From Tubiluchus corallicola (taxonomy: Eukaryota; Animalia; Priapulida): a DNA stretch of 64,000 bases. Below, piece by piece: positions 12,645 through 25,741 of the stretch. The position numbers and the translations under genes are program-made. Every line of letters begins with the position of its first letter. The first letter of the stretch is position 1. The notes beneath the pieces are model-generated. The model was not told where the DNA came from. It was given only the letters and a program-made list of their open reading frames with translations, and made no database searches. The stretch is taken from NCBI GenBank assembly GCA_030141605.1, contig JAQGDQ010000119.1, positions 305,005 through 369,004 of the forward strand, in the 5' to 3' direction.

Positions 12645-15165
12645 TATAACGGACATTGTAAAAGAAGATGTGGACAACTTCAGTACTTCATTTGCACCAC
12701 TAAATAACAAGGGCATTCAGTCCGGATTTTGAATTATTAAAATAAAATTCGGATAAACATAAAAGCTCTTCAGAACAACGTATCACAGAGACTATACAGT
12801 TCTATACAGAAAAGTATTTCGAAAATTGAAGACTAATCATTAATCTTCTTATATTCTACATAACTTATTACAGCAATTTATTAAATCAAACCCTCGCTTT
12901 ACATACAATAGAAATTTACTATTAACCAGCAACTTAATGCGTCTTATTATTACTGTTGTTACTTAAATGTTATTTTTATGAATTAAAATGTAAACTGTTC
13001 GTGTGTAGAAGCTTAATGCATTTTCTCCAAATTGTATCTGAGCCTCTTATTCGATATAATGAAATGTTAGATTAGTTGTAACGCCCATTATTCTTTTATT
13101 AGCACCTTGCACTTAGTACTTAGCACGTAGCACCGTGAAGATACTTCTATCAGACGTAGTCTGTAGTTTGTATTGTAAATTCACTTTAAATAAATAAAGT
13201 TTAAACTAAATTAACAACGTATAACTCATGGAAAGCAACGCTTTTATTTCCTACGCTACGGATTTTCTACGCAAAGGCAGTTGAGATTAAATGTTCTGCG
13301 TTAATGTCCTTAATGGTTGCTTCTGCGGAACAATCACTGTTTACGATTCTTAGAACAAGTAGAAAATGGATGTAAGCTGTCATTTTGTGAATGCCACACT
13401 TGTTTTGTGTTTACGTGCTACGAGTTAGTTGTACAAGTTCTACAAGGGCTAAGGAATACAAAACTGAATAAATTCAAATTCAAATCCGTGAGCAAGATTG
13501 ATTTGCTCGTGTTAAAATCTGTAGACAGACTAAATAGTACGTACAGTGCACGTGACTAATTGCAACATGACTATGCCTGGGCAAGGCAGTTTGTTCTCGT
13601 GTGACGGTCATAATTTTTACATTTTAGCTAATATCTCGAGCTTTTAAAAAAATCCCAGTTTTTTCAGCCACTGCGTTGTCTGAACCCTGCCACAGCTATG
13701 TACCCTGCAAGTTTTGTGACTGCAGCTAATACAGTCTTGGAGTTATACAATGCTATGACTTGGCGCTTAACAAAAAATCAGTGTTTAGGTTTTTCTCGGA
13801 TCGATCTGTGCTGACTACTCGCGGATAAAAATGAATGTACAAGTTCATCTCAAGAACGGTTTTAACTGCTCGATATAAATTTGATTCAGTTTTTTGGTTT
13901 AGCCAAAAATTGCATTACATTTTTGAAAACTCGCTAGAAAGCAGCTATTCACCTGCGATGACAAGCAAGCTGACTGTTAGCTAATTAGATTTTCTGCTGC
14001 TTATTGTACAGGCACAAATCTAATCTTATAATCTTTTTGCAGAAAGCAGAATTGATTACCAGGATTAATGCTTGGCTTACACGTGTGTGATCAAAAGCGC
14101 ATTACCGCTAATGCACACAGACAGAGAACCCGTATAAACAGAAGCCAAAGTCAGATGTGAACTGATAAGTCATTAATTAGTTTTCACACAATTTGTCTTA
14201 GCATTTTTGGTTACGAAGTAATCTATAATGGGGTCTTTTTCGGCTTAATGTTGCTCTACATTATTGGCTGTTCTCAGGTGTGCATGTACAACAAGCGTTA
14301 CGCCACCGGCTCGCAAATAACCTATAAAGAGGTCTGTTTCGCAGTGATGTTGTTGTTTCTGTTTTAATAAAATTTGCGTAGGCAGAATACAAGGCAACGA
14401 GGCAATGTTTTAGCGATATACCATCGACGTAACGACTAATGCTTCCGGATAATCTGATAACCGGAGAATTCCTGTGAGAAAGGACAATTGCTTTGCTTTT
14501 ATACAACGAGAAAAAACTAACTGTGTTGAAGATCTTCAAGTGACGACCATTCGCGCCGCCCGTTTTTTCTAAGCGAACTGAAAGCGGATAAAGTGGCAGT
14601 TTCTTTTTCTTGGAGATTGAAAAAATCTGCTTATCAGTTTGATATTGAAAAAACGTTCTGTCTTCATTCTAACGACTATAATTGCTTTTCAAAGACGATG
14701 ATATTGATGCTATTCCTCGGTTTATCCGATAAACGTAATGTCTAATGGTGGTACTACTATGTAAAAAGACTGAGTGGAGAAGGCGACACAGAATGTTGTT
14801 AAACTAAAATAAAAATGTGTGTAGGACAAGTATGTTTAGAGGACCAAATCGTATAAACAAAAACCTACTTGAATATTTAGGCCAAGTAAAAGTTTTATGC
14901 AAAGGCAAATAACAAGGCTGTTGTGGGAGAGTTTTGAAAACTCTCTGTGAAACTGATTCTTATTGTCTTGTTATACCTTGAGACTAAGATAACGTAGTAA
15001 CCTCTTAGTCCTTCTTTGCTAATTTACTGCGCGTTGCTGATGCATTTCTGTTGGTGACTGTAGAGACCTATGCGAGCAGAGCAAGATCTTCAACAGATCT
15101 TCAATCGTTCAACTTCTGGCTTCTGACCTTGAAACTATATCAGTGATAACAAACGTGTCTCGTTC

Positions 15166-15250
15166 TATCTATCTATATATCCATCCATCCATCCATCCAT
15201 CCATCCATCCATCCATCCATCCATCCATCCATCCATCCATCTATCTATCA
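15166..15250. repeat. (ATCC)n/(ATCT)n microsatellite
   Basis: Directly visible. Confidence 0.95.
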
Positions 15251-15858
15251 TCATTATTATTATTGATCTTTTATTCGTAAAATTTTATACAGCAATGGAT
15301 TTTAGTATAGATAATTAATAAAATAAATAAAAAAATTTTCTAGTGATTAAAAAAGGTGATGAACTCCATACATATCGTCGTATACATTATATGTCGGGTT
15401 CCTTGCACATTCATAAAATTCTATTCCAACTTTTCGTTTTACATTAAAATTAAGGCACGTATTCTATACTTAATATAGACACTTCGCTTCATTACAAACA
15501 AGATTCAACTTACAAACGATTTAAACTGTAACCCGTTGCAAAGCGCATACAGATTAATTGAAAATAAGTGATGTTGTTAGATCCCATTTTTCCTGCAGAA
15601 AACTGGCGTATCATGCTGCCAGCTATTATCGCTATTACTGTGAGCCAACAGATCTATCGTTTCTTTAAATCTCCTGCAGCTAAAATGACACATAGGTGGC
15701 GCTCATCCGCCCTGCATATTCACCATTTATTTATTTGTGTTTTACTGACCTCGCTTTTCCCTTTAATAAATTAAACATCTGTAAACACAGATGTTAAGAA
15801 GCCATATATCTACCACATTGCCTAGTAGTGGTTTCATCTGTTTCACTGTTCATTTCAG

Positions 15859-15926
15859 TGATGCGTTAAAGGGGAAACAAGCGGAAAGCGGAAGAAGGCC
15901 GGATGAAGGCATGAACAACTCTGATG
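15859..15926 (+). CDS. CAMKK: Putative CaMKK upstream exon C (DALKGKQAESGRRPDEGMNNSD)
   Basis: catttcag acceptor, G|gtgagt donor, 68 nt. Phase 2-1 exactly bridges exons B and D. Confidence 0.6.
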
Positions 15927-15950
15927 GTGAGTGGAAACAGTTGTTTGTAA

Positions 15951-16234
15951 TAGTGCCGGATTTAGGTATAAGCTAAATAAGCTACAGCTTAGGGACTCAC
16001 AATCTGTATGAGACCTCAAGCCGATTCCAGATTGGGCTTTATACTCATTTTTGTAATTAAAAATAAGTAATATTTTAGTCATAAAATAATTTTTATTGTC
16101 AACTTTGTTATTAAATAATTAAAAAGCATATATATTTTTTCAAAGTTTATGAGACCAGCTGGTGTCGGTTTTAAAAAAGAGAGCTTCAGGGCTTTATATA
16201 GCTTAGGGCTCCAACGAGTTTAAATCTTGCACTG
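15951..16234. mobile_element. hAT-like MITE
   Basis: Imperfect TIRs TAGTGCCGGATTTA / TAAATCTTGCACTG with internal AGCTTAGGG repeats. No clean TSD. Confidence 0.45.
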
Positions 16235-16615
16235 GGCCCCGGTTCTAATCAAAATCTGCGGGGGCATGTAGTACTCGACGCCATGTTGTTATGATGAAGC
16301 TTACAATTAAAGCGCGTATGTGGAAGATAAATAAAACATCAGCAGATGCCTGTTACATAATTCTAAAATAAAAGAAAACGGGCCTTAAGATAGGTAAACA
16401 CAGCAGTTAGCCCAGCAGCTACAAGATTCTGCTGTGCCGGTGGTTTGAGGAGCGCCACTTCCGCCAACAAGAATAATAGAAACATGAAAATAGAATTAAA
16501 TGGTGCTAAAGGTGTAACCTAACGTGAGAAACCCAGAATTCTTGGGCCATAAATTAAAAACGTTTCCGTTTTGCCTACTCTGGTCTTACGATTGAACGAT
16601 CTATTGTTCTAAGTT

Positions 16616-16680
16616 AAGATAAGATGAGATGAGACGAGACGAGACGAGACGAGACGAGACGAGACGAGATAAGATAAGAT
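16616..16680. repeat. (GAGAC)n/(AAGAT)n pentanucleotide microsatellite
   Basis: Directly visible. Confidence 0.95.
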
Positions 16681-17391
16681 CTTTAGTATAGCTTGATTGA
16701 GCAAAGCTCGTTTACACAAGGTCCTGAATGGTGCACCAATATTCAAGCTAATTCCAAAAACATCTTTTCAGTTAAAAAGAAAGCATGACAAAATTGAAAA
16801 GCAGTTCAAAAAGACGAAATTAAAAAGCACAATACAATTAACAATAATAACACAGTTGATAAAAAGCTTTAAGGTGACCCTTAAACAATTTAATATTGCT
16901 TCTTTATGCATTTGACAGAATTCCATGCGTTAGCCCCCCCCCCCCCCACCTGTGGTATGCTGTGTGACATTGACTTTGAATACCCGAGATCACTGATTTA
17001 ACTGTTCAGTTAAAAAAGTCCATACTTTTCACTACAAATTGCGATTAGAATATCTACCATTCTATTGAGCTTCACATGTTCTCTCGATTTTATTATTACT
17101 GTAGTGTTTAAAGAGAAATTGCATTAGGAATGTGCTTCACGGCAGAAGATAAAAGCATCCTAATCCATAAGCATCTGCTGTTCTAAATATGGATGTTTTT
17201 CAGATGGACTTACCAAAAGAAAATTGTATCAACATAAAACTTTATTTATGTACGGCTAATACTTGGCTTTACAGCCAGCATACTGAGCAATGTTTTTTTA
17301 TATCGCAGACGTTTTTATGGTCCTTGGTTCATAAAGTTTGCGCTAAAGTTTGCAATTTCCCACACACAAAAAATTAGTTTAAAACATAATT

Positions 17392-17473
17392 AAGGTTAAA
17401 GTTAGGATTAGGGTTAGAGTTGAGTTGGGGTTAGAGTTGGGTTAGTGTTGGGGATAGGGTTAGGGTTAGGTTA
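17392..17473 (+). repeat. Degenerate telomere-like (TTAGGG)n tract, probably transposon-internal
   Basis: GTTAGGATTAGGGTTAGAGTT...AGGGTTAGGGTTAGG, flanked by inverted AAAGTTTGCAATTT / AAATTGCAAACTT. Confidence 0.7.
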
Positions 17474-19332
17474 TTTAAATTGCAAACTTCTTCCAAAGCT
17501 TGTTATTTTTTAATAATGAATGATCGATTATAATCGTATATAGTGGGCAGTTTTTACACTTTCTCAGCTGAGCTTTTTGTTTTGCTAACAAGCGATATTG
17601 ACCCGTTTTCCTGACGTAAGACAAAAGTCCAACAGCCTGTGTGCAATAGCCATTTCAAGTATGCACTGTGCCGGTATTACCCCGCAGTTTTTAAAATATT
17701 TTTTCTACAACCTAATTTAGTAGGCCATTGAGTACAGCCATATACACCTAAAGACACTCTAGCTTCAAGACATTTTTCGCAAATGATATGGTGTCAAAAG
17801 GGCTAGCCTTACTATTCAATGTGATGAGCTTCATGCGCGAACTAAGTACTGACCTGTCTCAGATTCAAAGTTTCCTTAAATTTCTTAAAAATAGCTTTTA
17901 GGCTAAAGTTTTTCTATTGAAAAAGGATTCATTATGTTATCAGTTGGTTATCAGATTTGTTGTGGTGGCTGTTCTGTTTTCTGTTTCTTCTGTGATTTTA
18001 CAGAGGAGCTGCAACCTGTTAATCGACGTTTAACGGACGTCAAGAATGCGGTTTACCTAATTACGTCGTATCAGCTGCGTATAAATAAAGGAAATAGTTG
18101 CCGAAAAAATAATGCAATAATACAGGTCTGATAAACGGGTCTTTACGGGCACTCCGCTTAAGAAGTAAACGACGTAATCGGATGTGTCCCATCCCACCTG
18201 CATCACCACTAATTAAGTTTCTCTGTGGCACTCTAAATTGTCTTTCATCTCAATGAATGATTTATATAGTACAGAATATGGCAGAAAAACAGTTTCTCTA
18301 TAGGCGGCACCTATGATCCCCATTCACTGTACTCGTAAGCTTTAGCCGCTCTTTAAACAATTTCTACTGGCTTCGTGTCCATATGGATTCGTAATAAATC
18401 CATGCGGATTCGTGATAATTACCGCAAATTCAGCGGCTAAGCTACAGCAGCTGCTGCTTACTAGATACAAACACCGAGGGATCCTCATTAGCTCGATGGA
18501 CGTTTCTCACTAACTTCGTTTGAGGTAGGTTAATTAGCTACTGGTACTATATAATAGTAATCAATTGGGAAAGTAACACGCGTTTGTACAGGCAGCGTGC
18601 CTAGAGAGTTGCACTCATTTTAATACTCGTAGTAATATATGGTTGAACTACTCTCTTTAATGTTCGGGTACTGATGACGCTAGAATTTCTACACAACTCT
18701 TACAACTAATTCCTAAGATAGATGCGTATGAAGTATGTTTTCAAAAACTAAAAACTGGGAGTGGCATATTTGCATTTACCTTAAAGCATTTTTAACGTCG
18801 ATTCTTATAACAAAAACAATAGCCGAAATTAATATCATCGATATACGTTAAAACAAGCAGCGTACAAAATATTTACAATAAGTCAAATCAGTGCTACATT
18901 AAAATATGAAAGTGAAAACGTTTTTATGTGTTTTCGTTAATTGTTTTTGAAAATTAGAACTTTTACCTGTTATTCTTCCTGTTAATTATACAGTACCTTT
19001 ATTTATACATGGGTGTAAACAATATTTTCCCGAAAGGGCTTTTGAAACTGTTTATGCAAAATTTATTAGATTTAAAATCTAAATATTGGATAATGTATAA
19101 AACTGCAGAACTCTATATCTGTCTCTCACCCATCTGGCATAAAAGTGATGCTGTCCCCCATCTCATTCGCAGAATCGCATAGCACCACGTTCGTCAAACG
19201 GGACTGTTATGACATAACAGTTAAAGCCTCATTCCTACGTTAAGGCTCGTTTATCGGGAAGCGGGATTTGTCTTACTGCTTTTGCTAATTAAGCGATGAA
19301 TTAATACAGCAGGTGTTTAATTAATGCAACAG

Positions 19333-19486
19333 GTGAAAAATCAAGAACTGGCTCAGAACTGCATCAGGTGGCCAAAAAGTTGCAGCTTCTTTGTGTGGAG
19401 GAGAATCCAGATAATAAGGAACGTCGTCACAGCTTCAACCGATTGCTGGCTCCAGATACGCACTGGGGATCCTGCAGCAACGAAAA
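19333..19486 (+). CDS. CAMKK: CaMKK upstream exon D (EKSRTGSELHQVAKKLQLLCVEENPDNKERRHSFNRLLAPDTHWGSCSNE)
   Basis: caacag acceptor, AA|gtacgt donor, phase 1-2 joins exon 25507 in frame. Contains RRHSF, a PKA-type site like the N-terminal PKA/14-3-3 serine of CaMKKs. Confidence 0.7.
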
Positions 19487-20759
19487 GTACGTTTTTATAG
19501 TGCCTGTAGGTTATTACCGTATTTTCCCGCACATAAAACGCATTCCTGTTACTAGTTCAACTTAATCGACACAAACATTTAATTATTGCATCATCATAAC
19601 AAATACACATTTTGAACAAGATTATTACCAGAGGCTAAAAATTTTAGTCTATTAATCTATTATGTTTTTAGATAATTTTAAATCGTATTCACAACATGCC
19701 ACTATGTCCCAAATCATTCTGAAAGCAGAATTAGCTAGAGTGATTTGACAGTAAAATGAAACGATTACGAAAAAAAACGTAGTAGTGAATCAGTTAAAGA
19801 TAGAACAAGTTAAGCAAGGTACGAAAGGTTGATGAGGAAGGGTGTAGCAGCGAGTGTCACTGTGCCCACGACGTCACTATGCAAAGACTGAGAAGTTTAG
19901 AAATATAAGAAAATTTTGGTTCTTCTGTAAAGTCTTTGCGTTATCACTTAATGTCGACTTTATTTGGCGATAACTATGGTTAGAATTTTAAATAAACAGA
20001 TTTTTGGAAGCTTATTTTTGTAGCACACGACACCGATATGAGTTGGTACTAGCTAAAAAATTTTGTAGTAAAAATGCAGCCAGCCTGTTTGAAACATATA
20101 TACAAATCTATTATAATTTTAATTTAGGTTGTATGGTTCGTTTGAGTATTCGTTTTTATAAATCTTTTTTCTTTTTATAAAATTAAAATACTAATATGTA
20201 TATATAACATAGGAAGTAAAAATTCAATTGAAATAAAATGAAATGACAATAGATTGTACCGAGTGTTCCAAAGGAAACAGCGCACAACACAAATGCTACA
20301 GGCAAAACAATTGGCCATATTACGTCACACAGTCAAATAAGTGTGATTATAAAACAAACTTTGCACGATTTGTCGGGGGATCTTAACTTAATGGTTAACA
20401 AAAACGGCAAAGAAACAGCACGAAAATATAACATTTGTCATGAAGTAATGTCATGTCATTACAAATGTCATGAAAAAAACAAAAAACAGTAGCTTTTGAA
20501 CACGCCGTAACCATCATCAGTACAATAAAAACGAAAAGAATAGATCTTAAAGATTTAAAAAAAATGCAAAAACAATAACAATAATGTAAAATAAAGGATT
20601 AAAACAAAAACAGTGAATACTTGAAAGAGACAGCCGCTAGGAATCAACATGTTTATTGGGCATAGATGATCGTGTCGATTGTAACAGTCATTGTCAATAC
20701 TACAAACCAGCTATTATTGATTTATAGTATTGGCAATGGCCGTTAGTGATATGTTGATG

Positions 20760-21060
20760 TTAAATGAGCGATAAATCTTGATTTATAGTTTTGACATGGA
20801 GTGGTACTGTCGAAACGATCGTCATTCAATAAACATGTTGAAAGACAGTGAAATTGATGTTCCAAAATGGATTGTCAAAATTAGAGCACGATCTTTCTTT
20901 GATTTTAAGAAATAATCGGTAGATGATGATGCGTACTACTAAAATTTTAAAATCGTTATTAGAAATAGCGTGACCAGTGAGACTAACGTGGTTTTTACAA
21001 GTGTGGTTACCTTCAAACAATTCTCGTAATACAATTTCAAGCCGTCCAACTGCATTTCTT
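20760..21060 (-). mobile_element. Penelope-like element remnant (end of GIY-YIG region)
   Basis: HVSLTGHAISNNDFKIL...RLFLKIKE resembles the Penelope endonuclease C-terminus (H...GH.....FKIL.....L.IKE). An adjacent GTCGAAAC hammerhead-like relic is present. Confidence 0.5.
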
Positions 21061-21162
21061 TATTATTAACATCATTTTATTTCCAATATACTTTACATAA
21101 GTAATTCATAATAATGATGATAATAATAATAATTATGGAGTGATCAATCATCATCTATTTTT

Positions 21163-21393
21163 GCGCGTTCACACTAGAGAGGTCTTTCGCACGTTCTTGC
21201 GAAAGTTCTCTATGAGAGTAAGCTTGCAAGTGCGAACGATTTGGCAAGTTCTCTAGCAAGTTATTGCGCAAGAACTATTTGCAGTTCCCGCTGAATTTGC
21301 GATAACTTGCGAGAGAACTAGCAAGGCCGTTCACACTTGCGAGTTTACTCTCAGAGAGAACTTGCGAGAGAAAATTCTATAGTCTGAACGCCG
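21163..21393. mobile_element. MITE related to the 5898-6530 element, without the tandem expansion
   Basis: GCGTTCACACTAGAGA..TCTATAGTCTGAACGC ends. The internal GCAAGGCCGTTCACACTTGCGAGTTTACTCTCAGAGAGAACTTGCGAGAG matches one 67-bp unit. Confidence 0.7.
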
Positions 21394-22781
21394 TTTGATA
21401 TTTCAGTATATAAACATAATTTTGTTTCAACTGCATTTGTTTCTCTTGGAGCACTCTGTGGTCACAGCAGTAGGTGGAGGTGTAGTCAATGACACTGAAT
21501 AAGAGGTTCATGGTAATGAATAACTTGTTTCGCCGACCACCCAAAAATTGTCAGACGATTAACTTGTGTTAATTGCTAAGCTGGTACACCTACGAATTTT
21601 GAGTATTAAATGAGGCGTAGTTTTAATTTCGGTAGTTGGCGACAGGTTTTAGGCTCAAAATCAGTTAGGGGATACTTATATTCTTTTGCTTTAATTTACC
21701 GTTTAATCCACTTATTTCTGTTTCAGTACATAAAGTATAAAATCAATATCAATTCATAACAAAAATGCCTAATTTCTGTCATCTTAAGAATGTCTGCCGT
21801 GGTGAGCAGGTGGCTTTATTTTGTGATTTATACTCGTGTATTGGTTTTGTCGTTGACTTGTCAAGCTGGCTGTTCAATATCCACAATTTAATATTGCAGG
21901 ATGAAGTCTGTAACCTTTTCTACGTAGCATCTATAGGTTCGCCGTTTGCGCGGAAATTTCTAATAAATGTGTCATATATTGAGTTAGCAACACTGTTGCA
22001 GTGTTGTGCGTTTACAAGTTAAAGTGTTGTGATTTTGATAACGCTTGTATAATGTGCATCGAATGTATTTTTTGGCTTACTTCGTTGCTACATTGTTCAA
22101 TAGGCTGTAAAACAAGAAACGCAAGTAATTATTAATCGATTTCTTATACCATTAACGTTGTTCCCTGCATTTAGTAGTTAGTAGTAACCAGTGATTGAAT
22201 AATCCCATATTTGGTTAGTGAGCTGTTAAGCGTATCTTGCTCACAAGGGGATGAATAGTCTATTTGTTATAATTTGGATATCATTCCCTGGTTCAATCCA
22301 TACTCTGTCTCGGCTTTTTCACATTTCTTATTTTTCTATCAGGTTTGTCTTCAAAAATTCAACAGTCGTTGGGTTATTCCAGTAATAAATAATAATCCAC
22401 TATTAAATAAGATTTATATTCTACCTTTGCCAGTAAAATTTAGTTTTCTTGTTACAAAAAACAGCTTCATCTGTTTGATTATCTGTGTTACCGATACTAA
22501 AAACAATGAATGAATGAATGAACAAACGAATAAATGATGGAATTAACGAGATTTTATTTAAAATGTTAAGTAATTTGTAAATTAAAGTATTTGGTATTTA
22601 TGTGCTTTGATGGGAATCAATTCTGAGCTTTCGCGCATGCGTTGAAAAGACAAAAACAACATTTATTTACTCATTTAATAGGCAACTTTAGCACTAAAGG
22701 CTATTTGATGCACTTACCAATAATACAGTTAAGGACGCAACACACAAAACAAAAGATAAAATGTAGGGTATACGTCCTAGC

Positions 22782-22850
22782 TTTGGCGCTAGACTCGAAC
22801 TCAAGACTGCGTGGTTGCAGTCCGAAACCTAGACCATTCGACCACTCATC
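22782..22850 (-). pseudogene. tRNA-derived SINE head or tRNA pseudogene (GCA/Cys-like loop)
   Basis: The minus strand has A-box TGGTCGAATGG, loop CTGCAAC and B-box GAGTTCGAGTC. The acceptor and anticodon stems pair poorly. Confidence 0.55.
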
Positions 22851-22954
22851 ATAGGTCGTTTTTTCGATCAATCAGTTATTTGCTTGATCGATAATTTAAA
22901 CCTTTTTATTTTATCAATTTCATTATTTCGCCTTATATTAATTAAGTATTCAGT

Positions 22955-23075
22955 TTTGTAATTCGCGAATGCTACTATTTGGAATGCTCTGGATTCTCAT
23001 GTAGTGCTCGCTACCAGTTTGTCGGTTTTCACTAAAAGATTAGCTAATGTTAATTTACTGTCCTTTATCCGTAAC
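22955..23075 (+). mobile_element. CR1-type LINE 3' tip
   Basis: Translates as IWNALDSHVVLATSLSVFTKRLANVNL. Confidence 0.55.
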
Positions 23076-24989
23076 ATTGTCATTGGCGTAATTGGCTCTC
23101 TCCGAATCATATTATTGTATAAAACGTGTTGTATATAGTATATAATTCATATTTAGGTACATTTTATTACGAGCTTTTTAATGAGAGATATTCAATTTTA
23201 GGGAATTGTTTTTATAAATTTTATTTTTGCGCATCTTTTTGTCTTGTAGGATCAGCGTAAGTGCGCATGCGCATGTTGACTTTCTTTTATACAATTTTAA
23301 TATGTGTATAAATGTCAAAATAAAATAAATAAAAATATTTTACTATAACACGATAATAATAACAGGTATATACGTTATCCCGGTTCAGGTTTACTTAACT
23401 AGGTAGTGTAATGTCAAAGCACTTTCCCGCTGTCACAAAAATTAAATCCTAGGGTTAATAATCATGGATTCATTACACACAAAGCCCTCAATTTTCCGTC
23501 GTCAAAAGAACAGGAATTAGCGTCAAACAAAAAATGATTTACCGTCGCTGTGCTTATCTCAGCTTAGGGCCTCCTACGGGTATTCATATTAGGTTATTTA
23601 GTCTATAATTTGTATTTGCGTTATAGAGAAAGGATGATAGACGAAATGACTCAGACGGAAGGCTAGACGTGGAACCTAGTTTATGGAATTGTGGCCTTAC
23701 TATAGCCCTACTTCTAAAGATTCTTTACAATGTTTATCAATGTATTAATGAATTAATTATGAGTTTGCTATCAATCCCATCATTCTACGACGAAATCGTT
23801 AGTTATTTCATCATTAATAATTAAATTCTCGTTTTAATTAGCAATGTGAAAACTCCGTCAGAGAAATTACGGTTGACAGCCACTAATCTGAATTTACGTT
23901 GTAAGGTATAAAGAAGTTAATATGGTTTGAATACCAAGAATCCCCCGGAGAAAGTTTGTCTGATAAATGACCTCATAATTATTAGGCAAAGAAGCGTAAT
24001 TAATTTAGGTGACGTTACACAGCCAACACCTGTATTTATGACACTTTCTGGTGCTGTGAGATTTTCGCTTTTCATTAGAATATTTAAGAGTCTTGTAACC
24101 ATGCATTTATTTTATTTTATTTATTTTTTGTTATCAACTAGAAATTTAAAATCTGTCAACTAAAATAGGCCGTGATTAAATTGATTTTCATTTACAGTAG
24201 TAATAGCATTTTTATTGTCAATACGACCAACAAAATTACATGTACATTTACAATACGCAATATAACATACGTGTAATGCGCAATGTTACAAACGACACAA
24301 ATATTAGTTTACAAATTTCGGTAAAGTATAGCGCAAAGTACACAGCAATGGCAGTAAAAAATTTTTTAACATAATAACATCCAAAAAGGTATTTAATAAC
24401 AAGTATTTAAAATGTGCAATTAAAATGATCTCTCGTAACTTTATTTTTGGAGCAATTCACGATCAGTCTACAAATTTCACCGAAATTTTTCTCTAGTAAC
24501 TAAATTCCTTAGCAGGGAGAAGTAATCACGTATCGGTCGTATCCCTATAACTTCACACTTCATAAGCATCCGTTGTTCTATGTACTCGTAAGAAAAAACT
24601 TACTCCTAAACTTCATAATTTTACAAGAGTAAATATTAATGCGTGCATATAAAGGGCCGTTTAGACGATCAGTTTTTTTCATCAAACTTATCTGTCAGTT
24701 TTACTTTGACAATTTAGTTTGTCGTGCAAGCAGATTGTAACTGCATTTTGGCATGTGTAAGCAAATCTTTTACTGGGTCAAGCTTACTACAGACATAAAA
24801 ATGCTAAATCAGAAAACATTATTCAAACATAAGTTTACAAAATCAATACTTGGCTTTTACCGATCTAATTGATCAGTTTCTGCGACTAAAAATACGGATC
24901 TTTATTTTTATATATCAATATTATAATACTGCGAAAATGACATTCTTGGTTTGATCATCGATTCCTGGCGCATCATAATCTTTAGCACC

Positions 24990-25130
24990 AATTCATTATC
25001 TTTGTCATCATTATCTTCATTATCACCATCATCATCATCATCATCTTCATCATCATCATCACCATCACTATTGCCATCAGCATTAACATCGCCATCCCTG
25101 TCACCGTCATCATCATCAACATCGTCATTC
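24990..25130. repeat. Degenerate (TCA)n tract
   Basis: Directly visible. It explains the Ser-rich ORF 24951..25313. Confidence 0.85.
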
Positions 25131-25506
25131 TTGTCTCCTCGCCTCCATTTGCTTTATTTCCTTGATCGGCATCTATTGTTTGCCTATGTTATTAATTGTC
25201 TAATTAAAAGGCCTAGGCCTGTTGAGCATAGCTTATCAGTTTGTTTTTTCAGCTACATTTATAGTACTGCAACGCATTGTCGATTCTTTTTGTACTTTGT
25301 TATACTGTGCTAAATTTATAAATAAATAAATCTAAATCTAAATTTAAAAACCCCACTCCTATAACTTTAACCTTTTCGAAGGCTATTACAAAATGGAGGT
25401 ACTCCCATACCTTCATCATTTTACACGTATCAAGTAAAAACACATATAACTTCATTTTTCACATGTACATCCTATCACTGCGCTCTTATAACTTCGTCTT
25501 TTACAG

Positions 25507-25741
25507 AAGCAAATACAAATGTACTCCAAAGCTGACGTACTGCAATACTCAGGATCGTGTTCTGGCAGCTGTAGCTGCCGATTCTTCCAGGTTGATCTAT
25601 CCCTCATTGCCTTACTCTCCTGTTAGCTCACCTGGTCCCCGGCGACGACAGACGCTCAGAGAAAGTACCAATATCAGTATTGAAGAAAATGAAGGCTACA
25701 TTCAGCTCAATCAATACATGCTTAAAGGTGAAATTGGGCAG
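25507..25741 (+). CDS. CAMKK: CaMKK exon: regulatory segment and start of kinase domain (RLIYPSLPYSPVSSPGPRRRQTLRES...IQLNQYMLKGEIGQ)
   Basis: Matches CaMKK2 PSLPYSPVSSP..RRPT.ES..QLNQY.LK.EIG. Boundaries ttacag / gtaagt. Confidence 0.93.

Noticed and set aside
22782-22850. Functional tRNA-Cys gene
   Set aside because: The acceptor and anticodon stems do not pair, so it is treated as a SINE head or pseudogene.
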